Position numbers and translations under genes: made by a program. The notes beneath the pieces were generated by a model. The model was not told the origin of the DNA. It did not search any database and saw only the letters and a program-made list of their open reading frames with translations. A stretch of DNA of 64,000 nucleotides from an uncultured Bacilli bacterium (GTDB taxonomy: Bacteria > Bacillota_I > Bacilli_A > RF39 > UBA660), in contig CANRDF010000001.1 of the NCBI GenBank assembly GCA_947629255.1, positions 758 through 64,757 on the forward strand, read 5' to 3'. Positions 9,823 through 18,714 of this stretch are shown here, one piece after another; position 1 is the first letter of the stretch, and every line of letters begins with the position of its first letter.

Positions 9823-10758
9823 TTATGATCTATTATTGTTTTTTTGCTCCACTTTCTGAATTACTGTTAGTATAATTAAAAAGATTGTCGCGAGAATAAG
9901 TAAAAACCATATATTTTTGCTTAACGCATTCATGAAATAATTAATAAATGTATTAGCGCTCTCCCATTGATTCATTAAAAAGTCTTTTCCAATAGTTCCA
10001 ATCATAATTTCAACAAAAACAAAAAGGAAAATATAAACTAAAATAGTATTTTTTAAATAAAGAATATATTTTTTAGAATGAAAATGAAGACATACCAAAC
10101 AAAACGCACTTATAAGGAGAACGCTTAAAGCAACACAAATATAAGTTGTACTCATAAACATTTTTAACAAACCTGTCACATCTTTTAAAGTAATATTTTG
10201 ATATACAATAATATTTCCTTCTTCCATCTTTTTTAAGAATACATTCGCAGTCGGGAAAAAATTCATGACTTCTCCTGCATACTCATGAATAAAATTCACA
10301 ATCTTTTGTTTATCTTTCTCTGAAAAAGATTTATGATTCTCTTGTAATTTGGCATCAATCACATAAAAATTATCAGTGGCCAATTGAATCAAATCATCTT
10401 TTGTAATACTTGCTTTATCTTCTTGATAAATGATATAGTTTAAAACATCATAAGTATATTTACCAATAAAGTTCTTGGTCGCTTTACTGTTTAACACAGA
10501 ATCAATTGTATCAGAAGGAATAGATAAAAATTCTAAGAATTCTCGCATTTCCTCAATAAAAACAGGTTCTTTCCCGTAACGATCCTGTAGCAAAAAAGAT
10601 AAATCATTATTTTCAATATTAGATACAATTTCGCTTTCTCGTAAATTCCACTTTAAAAGAAAAGAAATAGTTAAAAAAATACTAGCACTTAATATGATAA
10701 TAGATAAAAAAACAGATACGATTTTCTTTCCCATTTCCATCACCTTCTTGTTCTTCAT
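9823..10758 (-). CDS. polytopic membrane protein (candidate immunity/accessory protein)
   Basis: 311 aa with an N-terminal TM and a C-terminal TM cluster. Sits in the bacteriocin cassette. Confidence 0.45.
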   Translation of the reverse strand: MKNKKVMEMGKKIVSVFLSIIILSASIFLTISFLLKWNLRESEIVSNIENNDLSFLLQDRYGKEPVFIEEMREFLEFLSIPSDTIDSVLNSKATKNFIGKYTYDVLNYIIYQEDKASITKDDLIQLATDNFYVIDAKLQENHKSFSEKDKQKIVNFIHEYAGEVMNFFPTANVFLKKMEEGNIIVYQNITLKDVTGLLKMFMSTTYICVALSVLLISAFCLVCLHFHSKKYILYLKNTILVYIFLFVFVEIMIGTIGKDFLMNQWESANTFINYFMNALSKNIWFLLILATIFLIILTVIQKVEQKNNNRS

Positions 10759-10861
10759 TCATTTTATCACAAGTTTTTTTGTTTGTCATTCTATATCGTA
10801 TTTATGGGACGAAAGCCGAATAAAATACATCAAAATGAGAAAATTACTACTAGGTGATAGT

Positions 10862-11299
10862 ATGAATTTTGAAAGGATTCGTTTTGTAAGAGAAATGCTA
10901 GATCTTTCTGGGAGACAACTTGCTAAAAAGCTAAACTTAACAAAATCAACTGTCTCAAGATGGGAAACTGGAGAAAAAGTAATTCCTTTAAAACATCTCA
11001 TTACTTTATGTAATGAAACGATGATCAGCCTCGATTTTGCTTTAGGATTATCTAATGATCGATCCAAAATCACAGAAAAAAGAGAATTAGATCCAATATG
11101 GATTGGGAAACATTTAAAAATTCTAAGAGAACAGAAGAAAATTACTCAATCAGAATTAGCCAAACTTTTAAACACATCTCAATCAACAATATCATCTTAT
11201 GAAAGTGGGAAAACGACAATACTGACTGCATTTCTTTATTCCATTTGCAAGCGTTATAAAGTATCTGCAGATTGGATTTGTGATAATAATGAATCTTGA
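10862..11299 (+). CDS. tandem-HTH XRE-family transcriptional regulator
   Basis: Two Cro/C1-type HTH units (LAKKLNLTKSTVSRWE and LAKLLNTSQSTISSYE). Start at MNFERIRF with RBS AGGTGA. Paralog of 46515-46952. Confidence 0.75.
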   Translation: MNFERIRFVREMLDLSGRQLAKKLNLTKSTVSRWETGEKVIPLKHLITLCNETMISLDFALGLSNDRSKITEKRELDPIWIGKHLKILREQKKITQSELAKLLNTSQSTISSYESGKTTILTAFLYSICKRYKVSADWICDNNES

Positions 11300-11349
11300 A
11301 ACTGCCGTTCTCCTGGTATCATTGTAACACACATCACAATAATATACAA

Positions 11350-11378
11350 GAAAAAACTAGAAAAATTCTAGTTTTTTT
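11350..11378. terminator. bidirectional terminator between the convergent regulator and bacteriocin operon
   Basis: CTAGAA-aaa-TTCTAG flanked by A6 and T7. Confidence 0.5.
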
Positions 11379-11535
11379 AGCAAAAATTTTTTTTCACAAA
11401 GCGACTTATGGCAGACCCAAAAGCACGACCAAGTTCAAAAATTTTTTGAAATCCATCAACAATTGCATTTACCATACTTGCTGTGATGGATGCGCCTCCC
11501 TCAATTTGAAGAAGTTCCTGAGAGTTTAATTTCAT
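11377..11535 (-). CDS. double-glycine-leader bacteriocin precursor peptide 2
   Basis: Manual translation gives (MEN)MKLNSQELLQIEGG|ASITASMVNAIVDGFQKIFELGRAFGSAISRFVKKNFC. The leader fits the LSxxELxxIxGG consensus. RBS AAAGGA. Alternative start ATG at 11544. Confidence 0.75.
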   Translation of the reverse strand: MKLNSQELLQIEGGASITASMVNAIVDGFQKIFELGRAFGSAISRFVKKNFC

Positions 11536-11550
11536 ATTTTCCATTCCTTT

Positions 11551-11691
11551 CTATTTGTTGCATTTGAGTGGTCTTGTGATTCCATCTAAGAAACCACCAA
11601 GAAATGAAATGACGCCTGCGATCACTCCACCAATTACGAGCCAGCTTACTCCACCACCATAAGTGGCTAAGAGTTCCTCTTTTTCCATCAT
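11551..11691 (-). CDS. double-glycine-leader bacteriocin precursor peptide 1 (GxxxG-rich)
   Basis: Manual translation gives MMEKEELLATYGG|GVSWLVIGGVIAGVISFLGGFLDGITRPLKCNK. Strong RBS AAAGGAGGTGA. ATGA overlap with the upstream ORF. Confidence 0.75.
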   Translation of the reverse strand: MMEKEELLATYGGGVSWLVIGGVIAGVISFLGGFLDGITRPLKCNK

Positions 11692-12158
11692 GGGTCTTCA
11701 CCTCCTTTCAAGGTTTTGATAAGAATTTCCATAAGGCTTTTCTTATCTTCAATTAAAGTAACATCAATCGTTTCTTTATCGTAAAACTCAAGTTTAGGAA
11801 TTTCTAAAGAAACGGTTTCATAAGCGACATTTTGGATCACTTCTATACTTCCAAATTCTTTGACTTTCAAAGAATATTTTTTTGATTTGATCCATAATTC
11901 ATTACTTTCTTTTAAATTTTTTGCATGAGAATATGGCATCAAAACTTTTAAAGTACAATCATTCTTCTTACATTCATATAAACCTTGCAAAGGAATTGTT
12001 TCTTCAATTTTGTAGAAGAACAAAAGACTAATACAAAAAAGAAATAAAAGTAAGAAAAAAATTAAAAATTTTAACTTTGTTTTTTGATGTAACAAGGCAT
12101 ATATGTTATACTGTGGATTTTTTGTTTGCAAATGTAATCTTCCTTTCAAATAAATCAC
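11688..12158 (-). CDS. membrane-anchored small protein of the bacteriocin operon (possible accessory/immunity)
   Basis: 156 aa with one N-terminal TM. Overlaps the transporter 3-prime end and peptide 1 start (translational coupling). Confidence 0.45.
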   Translation of the reverse strand: MIYLKGRLHLQTKNPQYNIYALLHQKTKLKFLIFFLLLFLFCISLLFFYKIEETIPLQGLYECKKNDCTLKVLMPYSHAKNLKESNELWIKSKKYSLKVKEFGSIEVIQNVAYETVSLEIPKLEFYDKETIDVTLIEDKKSLMEILIKTLKGGEDP

Positions 12159-14145
12159 TATGATCTTTATGACTAATATAAATAACGGTTTTCCCCTTTA
12201 ACAATTTTCGAATTCCCCCAATAATCTTCACTTCCATCGAATCTTCCACTTCACTTAAAACTTCATCGAGTAAATAAACACTTCCCTCTTTCATTAGAGC
12301 CCGAGCAAGTAATATTCTTTGTCTTTCTCCACCAGACAAGGAAGAATCATTAATGAATGATGCATAACGAAGAGGCTTTTTACTTACAATCGATTCAATC
12401 TCACAAGCCCGACAAACCTCATCAAAATGTTTACCTTTTTCACTACCCATTAAAATATTATCTTCAATAGTTCCCGCGACAAAAGACTCGTTTTGACTTA
12501 AGTAAATGACGGAAGAACGAATCTCAGACAAAGTATAATCTTCTAAATCTTTTTCTAAAAAAGTAATTTTTCCCATATAATCCGTAAGTTCTCGATGCAA
12601 AATTTTACACAAAGTACTTTTTCCACATCCACTCGGTCCATCTAAGAAGACATGTTCTTTCGCTTTCACTTTAAAACTAAAATCAACAATACTTTCTTTG
12701 ACATCATTATAAGAATAACTAATATGTTTTCCTTCAATACTTGGAACAGGAATCACTGATGTAGTCTTCACTTCTTCTTCCTTAAGTTCCATCGTTTCAC
12801 TTAATTTTGAAAGAATCCCTTTCATATAGTAAAATCTTGGCAATAAATCTGTAAGTTCTTTTAAAGGATTTATAAAATACAAATATAAACTTTGAAATAA
12901 AAGAAAATCATAAATAGTTAAAATGTTATCTTTCACTAAAATCATTCCATATGTCATTAAAAGAAAGAACAAGATTTCTAAAAAGTTTTCCCTGATAAAA
13001 TCAATCACAAAAGCATGACTTTTTTCTTTCGTATTTAAAATCACGGTTTCACAAAGACGTTCTTCCATGGTTTGAATCGAGTATTCTGTTAAATTTAAGT
13101 TTTTCATACTCGGATAAAGTTTGATTTTTTCCATAATAAATTCATTCCATTTAGTATTATTTTCCATTAAATGTTTTATAATTTTATAGTAATACCTTGA
13201 AGTAAGAGAACTAATGACACAGTAAAGAAACATACCAAGAACGACAACCAGAGTGAGATGATAATCTAAGAAAAACAAAAGAACTAACGAAGAAATACCA
13301 AGAATTCCTTCAAGAAAAAATGTTATACAAATCTGAATAAATAAGTCTTTTACATTTTTTGCTTCTTCAATTCTTGTAATGATATCTCCTTCATGAAAGC
13401 TTTGAAATTTTGGCATGGGAAGTTTTAATAAATGAGAAACAAATGAATAAAGATAAGTTACTTCTACATTTCGATTTAGTTTCAATTCCATTTTTCCTTT
13501 TCCATAAGTAAAAATACATTTGAGAATTGTAAATCCTAAAAAGATTCCAACAAAAAGCCAAAACTGTTGATTCGAAAACAAAGGAGTATATTCCATTCCA
13601 ATTTTTAAATAAAAACTCGAAAGAATCGAAAGAACAGAAATCATAAGACTTAAGAAAACAATGACAAAAATATTTTTCTTTTCTCTTTTAACAATCTCCA
13701 TCACATGTTTTAAAACACTTTTCTCTTTTGGAATTCTAGGAATATAAGTTCTTGGAATGGCCACTAAAACTATGCCATCCCATATGGTTTGTAATTCTTT
13801 CTTTAAAACTTCTCTTTTTCCAGAAGACGGATCCATAATCGTTACACTTTTTTCACTAATTTTAGTTAAAACAACAAAGTGCTGCATTCCATTTGGTAAT
13901 ACAAAATGAAGAATGGCTGGAAGCGGAATTTCTTTTAAATGATTCATATCACTTTTTTCGCCAAAAGAATCAAATTGATATTTCTTTAACGTTTCCACTA
14001 AATGATAAGCAGTCGTTCCATTCTGATCAGTATAAGTATCTTCTTTTAATTTTTCAATAGGCACATATCCATGATAAAACTCTATAATATAGAGAAGACA
14101 TGTTACTCCACAATCTCTAAAATCTCGTTGTACAATCGACTTCAT
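12106..14145 (-). CDS. bacteriocin ABC exporter with N-terminal C39 peptidase domain
   Basis: C39 catalytic Cys (RDCGVTC) and His (HFVVL). Six-TM region, Walker A GPSGCGKST, LSGGERQR signature, LLDE Walker B. Confidence 0.88.
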   Translation of the reverse strand: MKSIVQRDFRDCGVTCLLYIIEFYHGYVPIEKLKEDTYTDQNGTTAYHLVETLKKYQFDSFGEKSDMNHLKEIPLPAILHFVLPNGMQHFVVLTKISEKSVTIMDPSSGKREVLKKELQTIWDGIVLVAIPRTYIPRIPKEKSVLKHVMEIVKREKKNIFVIVFLSLMISVLSILSSFYLKIGMEYTPLFSNQQFWLFVGIFLGFTILKCIFTYGKGKMELKLNRNVEVTYLYSFVSHLLKLPMPKFQSFHEGDIITRIEEAKNVKDLFIQICITFFLEGILGISSLVLLFFLDYHLTLVVVLGMFLYCVISSLTSRYYYKIIKHLMENNTKWNEFIMEKIKLYPSMKNLNLTEYSIQTMEERLCETVILNTKEKSHAFVIDFIRENFLEILFFLLMTYGMILVKDNILTIYDFLLFQSLYLYFINPLKELTDLLPRFYYMKGILSKLSETMELKEEEVKTTSVIPVPSIEGKHISYSYNDVKESIVDFSFKVKAKEHVFLDGPSGCGKSTLCKILHRELTDYMGKITFLEKDLEDYTLSEIRSSVIYLSQNESFVAGTIEDNILMGSEKGKHFDEVCRACEIESIVSKKPLRYASFINDSSLSGGERQRILLARALMKEGSVYLLDEVLSEVEDSMEVKIIGGIRKLLKGKTVIYISHKDHSDLFERKITFANKKSTV

Positions 14146-14264
14146 AAAAATATCCTCCTATATATATATTCAAGAAAAAGTGCCAATTTCCTTTTTTTTT
14201 ATGCAAATTTCTTCAAAAAAGTTAAAAATTTTACATTCTGTTTACGTTTTTGATTATTTTTATC

Positions 14265-14340
14265 ATTCTTCTTTACATTTTGCATACGCTACATAAAAGT
14301 GTAAAGAAAAAGTAAAGAAATTGTTCTTTACTCATCTATA
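14265..14340. promoter_or_regulatory. repeat-rich putative operator/promoter region upstream of the bacteriocin operon
   Basis: Four copies of TTCTTTAC/GTAAAGAA in alternating orientation, including the palindrome CTTTACATTTTG..CAAAAGTGTAAAG. A T9 tract sits at 14195-14203. Confidence 0.4.
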
Positions 14341-14348
14341 TTTTTTTA

Positions 14349-14657
14349 CTATTTTTCTTTTAACTCTTCAATTGTCTCTACGGATAAACCTGTAATTCTA
14401 GAAATTTTTTCTATTCCTAGCTCATGAATTTCTTCTAACATATTCTTAGCTATCTCCCTACGTCCAGCGTCAAGTCCTTCTCCATAAAAAACATTTTTAA
14501 GATTCTCTTCCCAATTGTAGATTTTACGTAACTCTTTGTCTTGTCTTAAATCAATTGGACTTGTTGCTATCGTCATTAAGTCATCATCTCCTCTTGCAAT
14601 TTGCTTTCTTTTCTTCTCTGATGTTTCTTGCATTAACCATAAGTGTCTTAGTAGCAA
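14349..14657 (-). pseudogene. remnant of an Rpn-family (PD-(D/E)XK) putative transposase, C-terminal fragment only
   Basis: C-terminus EGLDAGRREIAKNMLEE..ISRITGLSVETIEELK matches the conserved Rpn/YhgA tail. The ~220-aa N-terminal nuclease domain is absent. Confidence 0.45.
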
Positions 14658-14755
14658 ATCGTAATTTATAACATTATAATAATATACTTTAGTAACTTGT
14701 CAAGTCTTAGAATAAAGATTTCTATATCTTTAGAAAAAATTCTTTTTTGTTTTTT

Positions 14756-14843
14756 TAATTTATGCGAAAAAAAACTTTATGATCTTTTTATCTCTAATTT
14801 TCATAAAGTTTTCTTTTTTAAACTAATTTACTCTTTTTTTCTG
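14756..14843. repeat. ~90-bp direct repeat copy 2 (bidirectional terminator hairpin)
   Basis: About 95% identical to 9119-9208. Lies immediately downstream of the 860-aa gene. Confidence 0.8.
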
Positions 14844-14890
14844 GATTTATGGCTGAGTAGTAACGGGCTTTTTCGCATCATATTCATCTT

Positions 14891-17473
14891 TCATTCCACT
14901 AATTCTAACTCATATGGGTTTTCATAACTTCCATCTTTACCATTATCTTTTATTTGAACATTTTGTTTCAAATATAAGGTAGGTCGAATCGCATTGGAAT
15001 GATTTGGGCCATATCCTTTATAACTGGGGTAGGAACAATGAACAAATCCAGTATTGGTCATTTGAAAAACATATGCATTCCCCGAGAAGAAATATGAAAC
15101 CGACAACATCCACACATTATCAGAGATATCAGTCGAATATAGCCAATCATGTTCCTCACAACTCGTATTATAATCACTTAAATCAGTTTCTAAGCAAGAA
15201 TCTCTAACTGCTCCCCCTGCCGCATAACCATAGTCACTTGGATACATGACGGCAATGCTATGGAATAAATTTTGGTCTAATTCACCATTCGCATCCTTGG
15301 TATTTTCTCTAGTCCAATAAGAAGTCGAAGCTTTGTTGGGTATAATGTTGCTTCTCTCCCATTTATAAAAGGTAGGAGTATTATCATATCCATAACCCAT
15401 GATAGCACCTGTGTCCCAAATAATTTCTTCGTCTATCATGTTTGTATCACTTAAAGTTGAATAATACGTTTCATTTAAATACCGCATCAAATCTGAATCA
15501 GTCCAGTCAGTGTGAGAGGAATCAGAATCCCATTGCCGATTTCCTATACTATCATTGCTAATTATTTTGAACCTTTTTTCAGTGGTTCCAGTTGATGTTT
15601 GGACATTCACAAGTCCTATAATTCTCCATAATTCATTGTTAAATGTTAAATAATTATGAACATAATCTGTACTACTGTCTGTGTAGTTATCTCCTGCATA
15701 ACGGCATTCATTCTTTTTCCAAAATTCTATGCTAATATCTGAATGTTCTACCATATATAAGCCATTTCCTTCTGTTACAATAGGAACATTTTTAATTGGA
15801 GATACCAAGATTGTTTTGGATGTTTCATTTGCATTTCCAGATTCATCTGTTACTTTTACAGTGATGGTGTAATTCTCACATGGTATAACTGAAAATTTAT
15901 GACTATTTTCTCCATTTTCCCAGTTTCCTTCATCTATTTTATATTCATATGATTGAATTCTTGTCTCTTGATCTGCACTTTTACTTGCATCTGCTAGGAT
16001 TGTGTTTCCATTGGAACTTAATTGTAAATCGACTGTTGGTGGAGTTACATCTATATAAGATATTTGAATAGAACTGTGAGTTACATTGTTATATGCATCT
16101 TTGGCATAAACATAATAAGTTCCATTTTCTGTTACTGGGTAATCTGCATTATAACTTTTTGGATTGCCGTCTATTGTTATCCATGTTTCTGGGTCTTTTG
16201 CTTCTGTCATCACTTGATATCCAAATAATCCTGCTTTTTCATCACTTAAATTGATATGGATTTTATCACTTTCTCCCCAAGCAGTTAAATCATTTGTAAG
16301 AGTAATTGTTGGTGGTTTTTTATCAATAATATCTGTACTATATTTCATTGAACTTGTGTGTCCCAAAGCATCTTGAGCAAATATATAATATATTCCATTA
16401 TCTTCTATTGTTTGATTTACTATATAATCATTTTGAGTTTTCTCTACACTTTCCCATTCACTTGGTGGAGCTGGGGTACTTTCTGATAACAACATAATTG
16501 GTGTTAAATCTTCTTTGGTGATTTGATATTTTACTAAGCCACTTTGAGAATCTTTTAGGGTTATTGTTAATTCTACTGATGTATGATTGTCTTTTTGTTC
16601 ATATTTAATATCTGGTCCTACTGTATCAATCTTTGTCACTTCAAATTCTTTTTCTTTTATATTTCCCATTTCATCTTTTACCGAAAAATAATATTTTCCT
16701 AATTTTGTAAAATCTTCTGTAATTTCAAATGTTGTATTTTTATCACTAATTGGTTTCCAATTTTGAGTTTCTTGCATTTGACTTATTTTATATTCTATTA
16801 ATTTATACTTTTCACTAACTGCTTTTAAAGTGATACTCTCACTTTTTTCATTATATTCTGCTGTATTTGAGTTAGCACTTAATATAATATTATTTTCTAA
16901 TTGCTCTGTTGTTTTATATGTTGCTACGACTGTAATCTTACTTTTAAAGTAAGCATTCATAACTTCTTCGATGGGTGGTGTTTCCTCATCTAACCATAAT
17001 CTTAAATGGTAAGTTACACTTTGATTTTGCCCATCTAATATTCCTGTTGTTAATCTATGAGACTTAGTTGCATTTTCTAATGTTTCTTTGACGCTTTCAT
17101 AATCACTTAACACTAATGGCGTTCTATCGTCAAGTTGAACTTTTAGATATTTTTCTGGTAAAAGTTTTTGTTCTTCTTCTAATTGTAATGTTTCCAGATT
17201 TACTTGATAGGTTAAAGAAGTAGGACATATATTGGTAATGGTAAATTCGTATGGAGTTAATTCTTCTCCTTCTTCATCTGAAATCGGAAATGCTTTTTGT
17301 AATGAAATAGGATTTTTCTCATCTGTTAAAGTGACTTTAAAACAACTAGATGCAAGCGTATCATTATCCATTTGAGAAAGTCTAAGTTCCCAGAACGCAT
17401 AAGTCACTCCTACTACACTTAATAATAATATACTTAATCCTAAAATAAATAAACTTGTTTTCTTTCTTTCCAT
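14891..17473 (-). CDS. large secreted surface protein with SipW-cognate-type signal peptide and Ig-like repeats
   Basis: N-terminus KKTSLFILGLSILLLSVVGVTYAFWE resembles the TasA/camelysin signal. Repeated TVGPD/PPTITL/TPPTVDL modules. C-terminal WRIIGLVNV...NPYELELVE homology with the 461-aa paralog. Confidence 0.6.
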   Translation of the reverse strand: MERKKTSLFILGLSILLLSVVGVTYAFWELRLSQMDNDTLASSCFKVTLTDEKNPISLQKAFPISDEEGEELTPYEFTITNICPTSLTYQVNLETLQLEEEQKLLPEKYLKVQLDDRTPLVLSDYESVKETLENATKSHRLTTGILDGQNQSVTYHLRLWLDEETPPIEEVMNAYFKSKITVVATYKTTEQLENNIILSANSNTAEYNEKSESITLKAVSEKYKLIEYKISQMQETQNWKPISDKNTTFEITEDFTKLGKYYFSVKDEMGNIKEKEFEVTKIDTVGPDIKYEQKDNHTSVELTITLKDSQSGLVKYQITKEDLTPIMLLSESTPAPPSEWESVEKTQNDYIVNQTIEDNGIYYIFAQDALGHTSSMKYSTDIIDKKPPTITLTNDLTAWGESDKIHINLSDEKAGLFGYQVMTEAKDPETWITIDGNPKSYNADYPVTENGTYYVYAKDAYNNVTHSSIQISYIDVTPPTVDLQLSSNGNTILADASKSADQETRIQSYEYKIDEGNWENGENSHKFSVIPCENYTITVKVTDESGNANETSKTILVSPIKNVPIVTEGNGLYMVEHSDISIEFWKKNECRYAGDNYTDSSTDYVHNYLTFNNELWRIIGLVNVQTSTGTTEKRFKIISNDSIGNRQWDSDSSHTDWTDSDLMRYLNETYYSTLSDTNMIDEEIIWDTGAIMGYGYDNTPTFYKWERSNIIPNKASTSYWTRENTKDANGELDQNLFHSIAVMYPSDYGYAAGGAVRDSCLETDLSDYNTSCEEHDWLYSTDISDNVWMLSVSYFFSGNAYVFQMTNTGFVHCSYPSYKGYGPNHSNAIRPTLYLKQNVQIKDNGKDGSYENPYELELVE

Positions 17474-17520
17474 ATAAAAATGAACCTACTTTCTATCATA
17501 AGTTCATCATATAACATATA

Positions 17521-17531
17521 CCCCCCCCCCC
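17521..17531. repeat. C11 (G11 on coding strand) homopolymer in the promoter of the 860-aa surface-protein gene
   Basis: Eleven consecutive C, 48-58 nt upstream of the ATG. On the minus strand it sits between TTGACT and a TATAT-like -10. Confidence 0.85.
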
Positions 17532-17574
17532 ACAAGTCAATACTTTTTTATATTTTTTTGCGTTTTGTGGTGTA

Positions 17575-18714
17575 TTATTCTTCATTTTTTTTCATGAAAC
17601 TTAATTTTTCATATACCATTTTAAAATAAAGTAAAAATTTATTTATTTCATCTGTTGTTGTTAAATGAGAAAAACTAATTCTTAATGTACTAGAAGCTCT
17701 TTTTAAATCATTATACATTGCCATAACCGAAGTTGATATCTCTCCACTTGCACATGCCGTATTCGTACTTACATAAACTTCATGTTCTTCTAAGGCATGC
17801 AAGAACGTTTCAGCTTTCATATCCATTAAAGAAATATTTAAAATATGCGGAATACAAATATTAGAGTGATTAATTAAAACTCCATCATATTTTTTTAAAT
17901 CTTCTACAACTTTATCATTTAATCTTTTGATAAAATTTTCTCTTTTATCTAAATCTGTTGTTGCAAGACGAATCGCTTTCGCGAATGCTACAATTAACGG
18001 TACTGGTGGTGTTCCAGGATTTAATGTGTTGGTATGTCCACTTCCATATAATAAAGGTGTTAATGGCACACGACTATTTTTATATAATAAACCAATCCCT
18101 TTTGGTCCATAGATTTTATGAGCTGAAACACTTGCTAAATCCACATCATGAAAATTCACAGGAACTTTTCCTAAAGCCTGCGTCATATCACTGTGAAAGA
18201 AAGTTTGATTATTTTCTTTTTTAATCACTTGCCGAATCATTTTTAAAGGTTGTCTTATTCCAGTTTCACTATTGACAGCACAGATGCTTACTAGAATCGT
18301 ATCTGGTCTCATTTTCTTTTTTAAATCTTCAAAATCAATTAAACCATCTTCTTTATTATCAACATAACTAATCTCAAAACCAATACTTTCTAGATATTTA
18401 CAAATTTCATAAATAGAAGGATGCTCTAGTTTCGATACTATAATGTGATTTCCCATTCGCATATTGGCTAAACTGGTTCCAATAAGTGCTAGATTATTGG
18501 ACATCGTCGCTCCACTCGTAAAAGTAATTTCACTTTCTAAGACATTAAAGGTATCACTAATTTGTTTTATTGCACTGTGAACTAAAGCTTTGGACTTCAC
18601 ACCTAAACTATGAATGGAATTTGGATTTCCTGAAAAATCTCTTGTACTTCTAATATAAGACTCCAAAACATCATAATTCACTGGTGTTGTTGCACTGTAA
18701 TCAAGATAAATCAT
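17575..18714 (-). CDS. cysteine desulfurase (NifS/IscS/NifZ family, class V aminotransferase)
   Basis: PLP-lysine motif SAHKIYGPKG. 379 aa. Adjacent to ezrA, as nifZ is in B. subtilis. Confidence 0.85.
   Translation of the reverse strand: MIYLDYSATTPVNYDVLESYIRSTRDFSGNPNSIHSLGVKSKALVHSAIKQISDTFNVLESEITFTSGATMSNNLALIGTSLANMRMGNHIIVSKLEHPSIYEICKYLESIGFEISYVDNKEDGLIDFEDLKKKMRPDTILVSICAVNSETGIRQPLKMIRQVIKKENNQTFFHSDMTQALGKVPVNFHDVDLASVSAHKIYGPKGIGLLYKNSRVPLTPLLYGSGHTNTLNPGTPPVPLIVAFAKAIRLATTDLDKRENFIKRLNDKVVEDLKKYDGVLINHSNICIPHILNISLMDMKAETFLHALEEHEVYVSTNTACASGEISTSVMAMYNDLKRASSTLRISFSHLTTTDEINKFLLYFKMVYEKLSFMKKNEE

Noticed and set aside
10694-10861. Long N-terminal extension of the HTH regulator ORF (start 10694)
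   Set aside because: The extension is hydrophobic junk overlapping the convergent membrane-protein gene. The paralog 46515 and the RBS AGGTGA support the MNFER start at 10862.
11296-11529. ORF-track 77-aa plus-strand ORF
   Set aside because: It is antisense to bacteriocin peptide 2 and the terminator, with no RBS and odd composition.
11501-11701. ORF-track 66-aa ORF (MKTHDGKRG...) on the minus strand
   Set aside because: It overlaps the two double-glycine peptide genes in a different frame. It is Trp/Arg-rich with no RBS. The GG-leader peptides with strong RBSs explain this region.
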